NCBI GenBank assembly: GCA_963798915.1
Contig: CAWCVB010000016.1
Span: 1-42,114, forward strand
Source: an uncultured Gemmatimonadales bacterium
GTDB lineage: Bacteria > Gemmatimonadota > Gemmatimonadetes > Gemmatimonadales > GWC2-71-9
Direction of reading: 5' to 3'
Length of the DNA: 42,114 nucleotides
In this document: piece after piece, positions 35,229 to 42,114 of the stretch
How positions within the stretch are numbered: the stretch's first letter is position 1
Layout of the letters: every line of letters starts with the position of its first letter
Notes under the pieces: model-generated
Databases searched by the model: none
Seen by the model: the letters and a program-made list of their open reading frames with translations, nothing else
What the model was told of the DNA's origin: nothing
Translations under genes and position numbers: made by a program

Positions 35229-37439
35229 TCACTCTTCCGGCACCAGCGTTTCCAGGAAGCCGCGCGCCGCCCGCACGTCCCTCAGCCGGTATCGCGCGCG
35301 GCTGGGTGTCGGCCCCACGTGAATGGCAATCCCGCCGCTCGGCAGTGCTCCGAAGAGATCCTCGTCCGTCCGGTCGTCTCCCATGGCCACCACCAGCGTT
35401 TCCTTCGAGGTCTTGGAGAGAAGCGACGTCACGATGGAGCCCTTGTTGACATTTCTGGGCCGGATCTCGACGACCTTGTTGCCCGGCAGGACTTCCATGC
35501 CATGCTGTTCGGCAAGCGGGGTCAGCTCCCGGATCAGCCGTGACGCCTCCCGCTCACCGAGGCGCTCATTGGCCATCCGGTAATGCCAGGCGAGACCAGC
35601 CGATTTCTCCTCCACCAGACTCCCCGGCGCCCGTTCGGCGTGGTCGCTGAGTCGCCGCATGAATTCATCGAAAGACGACGAGCGCTGGACGCGCTGGTGC
35701 TTCCACCGGACTGCCCCGGGCGCGAGCGACCACAGCCCGTGTTCCGCGTGCAGCCCGAGGCCGAGGTCGCCGAGCCATTCGTCCAGCGATTCGTGCGACC
35801 GGCCGCTGACGACATGGACACTCGTGGCAGGCGCAGCAGCCAGTGCCGCCAGCAGCTTCCGGAGTCTTGCGTCGGGCTTGGCTTCAGCCGGCGCATTGGT
35901 GAAGCGAACCAGCGTGCCGTCGTAGTCGAGAAGCAGCAGGCGGGCTGGCGCGCGTCGGATCTGCCGGGCCAACTGGGCGAGCTCCTCGTCGGTGGAGAGC
36001 GGCAACTCGATTTCTCCTCCTGCCCGGTCGCCGCGCACGGCGTGGAGCCGGGCCAGAAAGCGGGATGCCCAGCGTGCAGCATCGGCGCCGAAGACACGCC
36101 GGCGCAACGCGGCCATGCGCACCCGTTGCTGCTCGGGGGACATCGCGAGCGCCTGCTCCAGCGTTCGCGCGGTACGCTCGATGTTGAATGGGTTGACCAG
36201 CAGCGCTTCCTCGAGTTCCTCCGCGGCCCCGGCAAACTCCGAAAGCACCAGAACCCCGTCCACCTTGGAGCGGACGGCCACATACTCCTTGGCGACCAGA
36301 TTCATGCCGTCGCGCACCGGTGTCACGAACATCACGTCGGCGGCGCGATAGAGCGCCAGCAGCTCGGGGCGATCCAGGGCGCGATACTGGTAGGTCACCG
36401 GGGTCCAGGATGGCGTGCCAAAGGTCCCGTTAATGTGCCCGATCATGGCGTCGAGCTCGGTGCGGAATTCGCGATAGCTCCGAACTCCAGTGCGTGACGG
36501 CACCACTACCTGGATGAGGCGGACCCGCCCATGCAGCTCAACATCTTCCTCCAGCAATCGCTGGAACGCCAGGAGCCGCTGCGGGATGCCCTTGGTGTAA
36601 TCCAGCCGGTCAACGCCGGCAATCAGCTTGTCTTCATCCGACGCCTTCAGGCGTCGGACCAGGCGGTCAACGTCTGATTGCTGGGCACGGGTCTCGAATT
36701 CGCGCGCATCCACCCCGATCGGATAGGCGCCGACGTACACATTCCGGGCGGCGAAGCGCAGCTGGTCGGGCTCCCTGGCCGGCTCCGCCCGCGTGAGGCT
36801 GAGCGCGGCATCGCGGAAGTGGTGTGCGTAGCTGCGGGTGTGAAATCCGATCAGGTCGGCGCCGAGCATGCCCTCGAGCACCTCCGTGCGCCACGGGAGG
36901 ATCCGGAAAACCTCGAGTGCGGGGAAGGGAATGTGGAGGAAGAAGCCGATGCGCGCCGAGGGCAGCCGCTGCCGGAGCAGCGCAGGCAGCAGCAGGAGCT
37001 GATAATCGTGGATCCAGATGTCGTCGCCCTTGCGCCAGTATTCGGCAACAACGTCGGCAAAGCGGTCGTTGACCGCCGCATAGGTGCCCCAATGTTTCGG
37101 CGCCAGGGGAATCCGGTCTGCCTGGTAGTGCAGCAAGGGCCAGAGAATGCCGTTGGAGACCTCTTCGTAGTATTCGTGCACCTCGCGCGGCGTGAGAGGA
37201 ACCGGCACGCAGCCGATGGCCTCGAGGCGGCTGTTCAGCTTGGCCCGCTCGGCCCGCGGGATGTCGGATACCGGCCCCGGCCATCCGATCCAGAGCGAGT
37301 TGGCCGAGCGTTTCGAGCCCGACAGGGCCGTGGCGAGACCGCCGACGCTGCGCTGGACCACCAATTCGCCCTCCTCCATGCGGGCGGTGACCGGCAACCG
37401 GTTCGAGACCAGGATCGTGCGCGCCACGCTCAGGTCCAC
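35229..37439 (-). CDS. Bifunctional trehalose-6-phosphate synthase/phosphatase (OtsA-OtsB fusion)
   Basis: GT20: VSNRLP, WIHDYQL, FLHIPFP, VDRLDYTKG, DGMNLVAKEY; HAD: DYDGTL, SGR, NKG, GDDRTDED; alternative GTG start at 37427. Confidence 0.95.
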   Translation of the reverse strand: MDLSVARTILVSNRLPVTARMEEGELVVQRSVGGLATALSGSKRSANSLWIGWPGPVSDIPRAERAKLNSRLEAIGCVPVPLTPREVHEYYEEVSNGILWPLLHYQADRIPLAPKHWGTYAAVNDRFADVVAEYWRKGDDIWIHDYQLLLLPALLRQRLPSARIGFFLHIPFPALEVFRILPWRTEVLEGMLGADLIGFHTRSYAHHFRDAALSLTRAEPAREPDQLRFAARNVYVGAYPIGVDAREFETRAQQSDVDRLVRRLKASDEDKLIAGVDRLDYTKGIPQRLLAFQRLLEEDVELHGRVRLIQVVVPSRTGVRSYREFRTELDAMIGHINGTFGTPSWTPVTYQYRALDRPELLALYRAADVMFVTPVRDGMNLVAKEYVAVRSKVDGVLVLSEFAGAAEELEEALLVNPFNIERTARTLEQALAMSPEQQRVRMAALRRRVFGADAARWASRFLARLHAVRGDRAGGEIELPLSTDEELAQLARQIRRAPARLLLLDYDGTLVRFTNAPAEAKPDARLRKLLAALAAAPATSVHVVSGRSHESLDEWLGDLGLGLHAEHGLWSLAPGAVRWKHQRVQRSSSFDEFMRRLSDHAERAPGSLVEEKSAGLAWHYRMANERLGEREASRLIRELTPLAEQHGMEVLPGNKVVEIRPRNVNKGSIVTSLLSKTSKETLVVAMGDDRTDEDLFGALPSGGIAIHVGPTPSRARYRLRDVRAARGFLETLVPEE

Positions 37440-39241
37440 GCTCGCACGCGGCCGTCACGTGCTTCCAGCATCTCACCAATGGTCATGGCAGCGTGAATCA
37501 GGCCCACGTGCGTATACGCCTGCGGAAAATTGCCCAGGAGCGCCCCGCTGCGCGGGTCGATATCCTCCGAGAACAGCCCCACCGGATTGGCAGATGCGGC
37601 AACGCGGTCGAAGACGCGGATGGCATCGTTCAGCCGGCCCATCAATGCCAGCGCCTCGGCCCACCAGAAACTGCAGATGGTGAAGGCGCTCGTGGTCTGG
37701 CCAAAGTCGTCCGGGTTCTTGTAACGGAGCATCAGTCCATTCTCGACGAGCATGTGCTCGTACGCGTTGACGGTGGTCACGAAGCGCGGGTCATGCGCGT
37801 CCAGCAGGCCAATGGTGGGGAGCAGCAGGTTCGAGGCGTCGGCGTGGACACCGCCGAGCGACTGCGTCAAGTACCCCGCCTCAGTGCTGTATCCCGTGGC
37901 CAGGATGGTGGCCCGCTCCTGCTCGGCAATGCGTTCCCACCGCTCGGCCGTGCGGGCATCGCCAAAACGGCGTGCCAGGCTGGCGCCGCGATGGATGGCC
38001 ACCCAGCACATCGAGCGCGAAAAGGTGTAATTCCGGAGGATGCTGCGGAATTCCCAGATGCTGGTATCCGGCTTGGGCGCGGCCTCGATGGCATCCTCGA
38101 CCAGGCGGCAGATAAGTGGATAGTAACCATTTGGCTCCTCCTGGACGATCCGCGGATCCGTCAGGAGCGTCTCCAGGCAGAGTATGATCTCGCCCCAGAG
38201 GTCGTTCTGCTTCTGGAGATAGGCGGCGTTGCCGATCCGGACAAACCCATTTCCGCCGAAGCCGGCCAGGTGGGGCAGCATCTGCTCCTGCAGATTCCGA
38301 TTGCCGTCGATGCCATACACTGGCTGCAGCGGACCGGCCTCGGTGACGTCGCGAAGGTAGCGCACGAACTGCTCACCTTCCCAGATCTGGCCCAGGCGAC
38401 GGAGCGCTTCCACGGTGAACGCGGCGTCGCGGAGCCAGCAGTAGCGGTAGTCCCAGGTCCGCTGCGTACCCATGGCCTCCGGAATACTGGTCGTGGCGGC
38501 GGCGATTACCGCACCGGTATCGTGGTACGCGTGCAACTTGAGCACCAATGCCGATCGCAGGACCAGGTCGGTGCCGAAGGAGGGGAGGGCGCAGCTGCGG
38601 CACCAGGCGCGCCACCCGGCAACGGTGCGGTCTTCGTCATGCTGCGCACTCGCCATGGTGGGGATCTGCTCGCGCGTGCCGTAGGACAGGATGAAGTAGT
38701 GCGGCCGGGCCAGCACGAACGGCCGCTTCCCCGTGATATACGGAATGGGGAGGCTACTGGCCAGATGAAGGGGCACCGGGGTCCCGCCGACTTCGAGCCC
38801 ATGCGTGGTCTCGCGCATCGGTGACTTTGCCCGGGCATAGTCGGGGCGCGGATCGAAGTCCACCATCAGCCGCGGCTCGCCCCGAAGTGGTGTGAGCATG
38901 CGGACGATCTCGATTGGTACCTTGACCCCGAGCCCGGCGGGAATGCGCGGCGCAAAGTCCACCACCTCCCATGCCCCATCCTCGGCCTGGAATTCGGTGC
39001 GAACAACGTTGGTATTGGGCAGATAGGCCATCTGGCCGGCCACCTCGCCGGAGGCATGCAGAATCCGGAAGGTGCCGCCGTTCTCCTGATCCAGGAGGCG
39101 CCCGAAGACCGAGGGGGAGTCGAAACGTGGCAGGCACAGCCACTCGATCGCGCTGGTGGATGCCACCAGGCCAAGCACCCGACCATTTCCGAATGCGGCA
39201 TGATGCAGAAGTGCTGACGAGGCCGTTGCGGTGTCGGTCAT
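37430..39241 (-). CDS. Glycoside hydrolase family 15 (trehalase/glucoamylase-like)
   Basis: WLCLPRFDSPSVF, WDYRYCWLRDA, IWEFR, LFSED, GNFPQAYTH; ATG at 39241 chosen (track starts at 39277). Confidence 0.92.
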   Translation of the reverse strand: MTDTATASSALLHHAAFGNGRVLGLVASTSAIEWLCLPRFDSPSVFGRLLDQENGGTFRILHASGEVAGQMAYLPNTNVVRTEFQAEDGAWEVVDFAPRIPAGLGVKVPIEIVRMLTPLRGEPRLMVDFDPRPDYARAKSPMRETTHGLEVGGTPVPLHLASSLPIPYITGKRPFVLARPHYFILSYGTREQIPTMASAQHDEDRTVAGWRAWCRSCALPSFGTDLVLRSALVLKLHAYHDTGAVIAAATTSIPEAMGTQRTWDYRYCWLRDAAFTVEALRRLGQIWEGEQFVRYLRDVTEAGPLQPVYGIDGNRNLQEQMLPHLAGFGGNGFVRIGNAAYLQKQNDLWGEIILCLETLLTDPRIVQEEPNGYYPLICRLVEDAIEAAPKPDTSIWEFRSILRNYTFSRSMCWVAIHRGASLARRFGDARTAERWERIAEQERATILATGYSTEAGYLTQSLGGVHADASNLLLPTIGLLDAHDPRFVTTVNAYEHMLVENGLMLRYKNPDDFGQTTSAFTICSFWWAEALALMGRLNDAIRVFDRVAASANPVGLFSEDIDPRSGALLGNFPQAYTHVGLIHAAMTIGEMLEARDGRVRAWT

Positions 39242-39314
39242 CCCGGAACTGCTACATGAAACAGTGAAATGACGCAACCGTGAACGTTGGTCCGGCCCAT
39301 GCTACACTTGGAGC

Positions 39315-41375
39315 ATGCCGAGCGACGCGACACACGGGAAGTTGGCGATGGGGCCGGTACTCACATCTGAGGGCGCCGCGTTCTCGGTGTGGAGTCCGCG
39401 GGCGCGGCTGGTGGAGCTCTGCCTCACTGGTTCCGAGCGCGCCAGCGAGCAGCGCATGCCTATGCATCGCGATGGCGAGGGCCTCTGGCGGATCGATGCC
39501 GCCGGCGTCCGGCCAGGCCAGCGGTATGGATACCGCGCTCACGGGCCCTGGTCTCCCGGTGAAGGCCTGCGGTTCAATCCGGCCAAGCTCCTGCTGGATC
39601 CCTATGCCCGCGCCGTGAGCGGACCGCTGCTCTGGCATCCCTCGCTGTGCGATCATGTCGTGGGCGACGCGATGGAGCCCGACCACCTTGACAGCGGCCC
39701 GCACGTGCCGCACGCCGTCGTCATCGACAACGCCTTCGACTGGCGCGACGACAGCAGCCCCGCGGTGCCACTGGCCGATTCAGTCATCTACGAATGTCAC
39801 GTCCGGGGCATGACCATGCTCCACCCGGACGTGCCGCCATCCCTCCGAGGGACTTTTCTCGGCCTTGCCTCCGAGCCGATCCTGGAACACCTGAAGGCGC
39901 TGGGTGTCACCGCAGTAGAATTGATGCCCATCATGCATGCTGCCGATGACGCGCGCCTTGCCCGGCTCGGTCTCACGAATTACTGGGGGTATGCCACGGC
40001 CGCCTTCCTTGCGCCCGATGCCCGGTTTGCCACCGGCGCCGCGGGTCAGCAAGTGACAGAATTCCGGGAGATGGTTCGCCGGCTGCACCGAGCGGGCATC
40101 GAGGTAATCCTCGACGTGGTGTTCAATCACACCGGCGAGCTGGGCGTGGATGGTCCAACCGTCAGCTTTCGCGGGCTCGACAACGCCGCGTGGTATGTGG
40201 CGGCGCCGAACGAGCCCGGCCAGTACCTGGATGTGACCGGCTGCGGAAACACGCTGAACGTCGTTGGGATGCCGGGCCGCGGCTTCCTGTTCGACGCGCT
40301 TCGCTACTGGGTGGAGGACATGCACGTGGACGGCTTCCGCTTTGACCTGGCGCCGGCGCTCGCACGCGGCGGCGCCTTTCCGGAGACGATGAGGCCGCTC
40401 TTCCAGGCGATTGCGGACGATCCGCTGCTCAGCGACAGGAAGCTGATCGCCGAGCCGTGGGACCTGGGGGATCACGGCTACCAACTGGGCCAGTTTCCGG
40501 GCCGCTGGTCCGAATGGAATGAGCGCTATCGCGATGTCGTGCGGCGCTTCTGGCGCGGCCTTCCCGGCGAACTGGGCTCACTGGCGTCCGCCATGGCGGG
40601 CAGCAGTGACCTCTTCGGTGGCGAGGGGCGGCGGCCGCAGGCCTCGGTCAACTTTGTGGCGTGTCACGACGGGTTCACACTGGCGGATGCGGTTGGCTAC
40701 GAACGGCGCCACAATGAGGCCAACGGCGAAGAGAACCGGGATGGTCACGGCACCAACTGGAGCCGCAACTGGGGCACGGAAGGCCCAACAGACGACGGCG
40801 CCATCCTGGAGCTGCGTGACCGTGCCGCCCGGGCGATGATGGCCACGGTACTGTTGTCCCAGGGAGTGCCGATGATGAGCCACGGCGACGAGCTGCTGCG
40901 CACGCAACGCGGCAACAACAATGCCTATTGCCAGGATGGACCGGTGACGTGGGTCGACTGGAGGCTGGATGAACGCAAGCGCACCATGCTGCAGTTCATG
41001 CGGCAGGCGGCACAGCTGCGCCGCCGCCAGGCGGTTCTCCGGCAGCCCCAATTTCTGGCTTCCGCCGGAGACGGGCACCAGCCGGTAGCCATCTGGATCG
41101 ACACCAGCGGTCGTCAAATGGATGACGCGGCATGGACTGGCGGCGGACACGTGCTCGGCCTGCTGCTGCGCCATCAGGGCGGAGATCGCCTGCTGATCCT
41201 GTGCAATGGCGGTGCAACCACAGTCTGCTTTACCCTGCCAGCGGGGTCCTGGTGCGTGGCACTCAATTCGGCTGCGCCGGAAGGCGTTGGCCAGCTGGTG
41301 GACAAGACCGTGCGCCTTCCCGCTTGTGCCTTGCTCGCACTGGAGCCGGGGCAGGAGCCGCGGCCAATATCGTGA
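39315..41375 (+). CDS. glgX: Glycogen debranching enzyme GlgX/TreX (GH13)
   Basis: LLLDPYA, NYWGY, DVVFNH, GFRFDLA, IAEPWD, HDGFTL, GNNNAYCQD. Confidence 0.94.
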   Translation: MPSDATHGKLAMGPVLTSEGAAFSVWSPRARLVELCLTGSERASEQRMPMHRDGEGLWRIDAAGVRPGQRYGYRAHGPWSPGEGLRFNPAKLLLDPYARAVSGPLLWHPSLCDHVVGDAMEPDHLDSGPHVPHAVVIDNAFDWRDDSSPAVPLADSVIYECHVRGMTMLHPDVPPSLRGTFLGLASEPILEHLKALGVTAVELMPIMHAADDARLARLGLTNYWGYATAAFLAPDARFATGAAGQQVTEFREMVRRLHRAGIEVILDVVFNHTGELGVDGPTVSFRGLDNAAWYVAAPNEPGQYLDVTGCGNTLNVVGMPGRGFLFDALRYWVEDMHVDGFRFDLAPALARGGAFPETMRPLFQAIADDPLLSDRKLIAEPWDLGDHGYQLGQFPGRWSEWNERYRDVVRRFWRGLPGELGSLASAMAGSSDLFGGEGRRPQASVNFVACHDGFTLADAVGYERRHNEANGEENRDGHGTNWSRNWGTEGPTDDGAILELRDRAARAMMATVLLSQGVPMMSHGDELLRTQRGNNNAYCQDGPVTWVDWRLDERKRTMLQFMRQAAQLRRRQAVLRQPQFLASAGDGHQPVAIWIDTSGRQMDDAAWTGGGHVLGLLLRHQGGDRLLILCNGGATTVCFTLPAGSWCVALNSAAPEGVGQLVDKTVRLPACALLALEPGQEPRPIS

Positions 41376-41390
41376 CGCGTAGTGACCGGC

Positions 41391-41855
41391 CTACATGGCG
41401 CCGTCAGGACCGACCAGTATGAACGTTACCGTTGATCCTGCCACGAAGTAGGGCAGTCCTCCTCCAGTGCGCCGGGCCAGCAGGGCCATCAGATGCGAGT
41501 TATCCGACGTCACGACAACTCCGACCTGCATGCCGCCACCACCGCCGGCACCGCCCGGGCCCTGGAAGTTCTCCCAGTCCAGTGTGTACTGCGGTCTGGC
41601 GAACTCGAATCCGGTGCTCATGTAGGGAACCATGCCTGGCGGCATCGTCCCGGCCGGGGCGTCCGGCGGGAAGGCATTCTTGTCGGCCCAGTAGTTGTAC
41701 GCGCCGAGTCGCACATTTTCGAGATCGCTCACAATGCTCGCCACCATGGCGTGATTGCGCAGGTCGATGTAGCGCAGGATCGCCAATCCTGCGAGGATGC
41801 CGATCACGATCATCACCATGAGCAATTCGATGATTGTATATCCCCGGCGGTTCAT
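41391..41855 (-). CDS. Type IV pilin / pseudopilin-like protein
   Basis: Class III signal MNRRG|YTIIELLMVMIVIGILAGLA with Glu+5 and a hydrophobic helix. Confidence 0.9.
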   Translation of the reverse strand: MNRRGYTIIELLMVMIVIGILAGLAILRYIDLRNHAMVASIVSDLENVRLGAYNYWADKNAFPPDAPAGTMPPGMVPYMSTGFEFARPQYTLDWENFQGPGGAGGGGGMQVGVVVTSDNSHLMALLARRTGGGLPYFVAGSTVTFILVGPDGAM

Positions 41856-42112
41856 GGGGCACCGCGCCGGCTGACGATTTCGTAGCTGTCGCCCACGAAT
41901 GTGGCCAGCGAGTCTTCCGAGCGAAGGGTGAGGTGCACAGTTGAATCGGTGCCCTCGAGGACGAATCCGCCGAACTGCGTGGTGGTGTAGGTCAGGTCGC
42001 CGAGGGAAGGGCCGGTCTGATCGAGGCGTTCCGGCAGGTGCCCGGCACTGTCGCGGAACTGCTCGATACGTTGATACTGGAGTGCCATGGCGAGCCTGAG
42101 GCTTGCTTCCCT
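41852..42112 (-). CDS. Hypothetical protein, 5' end cut by window edge
   Basis: Frame stays open from the edge (REASLRLAMALQYQRIEQFRDSAGHLPERL...); stop overlaps the pilin ATG. Confidence 0.65.
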   Translation of the reverse strand, partial: REASLRLAMALQYQRIEQFRDSAGHLPERLDQTGPSLGDLTYTTTQFGGFVLEGTDSTVHLTLRSEDSLATFVGDSYEIVSRRGAP

Positions 42113-42114
42113 CA

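Noticed and set aside
34954..42114. Genomic island integrated at tRNA-Leu
   Set aside because: Gene orientation and function change here, but I found no integrase, transposase, repeat of the tRNA 3' end or obvious composition shift
1..42114. CRISPR array, IS element, prophage, defence or toxin-antitoxin system
   Set aside because: No spaced direct repeats or characteristic proteins seen; almost all sequence is explained by core genes

Overview
A GC-rich bacterial chromosomal segment, probably Gemmatimonadota (inferred from gene order and protein style, not tested). Bases 1-34953 are one co-directional housekeeping block with 20 four-base start/stop overlaps. Gene order: hrcA (5'-truncated), dnaJ (single +1 frameshift), prmA, rsmE, HIT hydrolase, rpsU, mutS2, dnaG, recJ, rsmD, coaD, pta, an RsbV/RsbW/RsbU-like module with no sigma gene, rsmA, rex, arginine deiminase, DEDDh exonuclease, MBL hydrolase, infC-rpmI-rplT, pheST, coiled-coil ORF, zapA, rny, folD, xseAB, ispA, dxs, nadK, recN, galK-like kinase, tRNA-Leu(TAA). 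After the tRNA come a 79-aa unknown ORF, a trehalose/glycogen cluster (fused TPS/TPP and GH15 on minus, glgX divergent on plus) and the end of a pilin-like operon. I found no mobile element, CRISPR array or defence system. The best new signals are regulatory: a perfect Rex operator over a clear sigma70 promoter, a candidate L20-type attenuator before infC that an elongated upstream ORF reads through, a probable CTG start for infC, and two probable leaderless genes. An HTH-like fusion on the exonuclease is also notable. The sequence alone does not establish a wholly new system.
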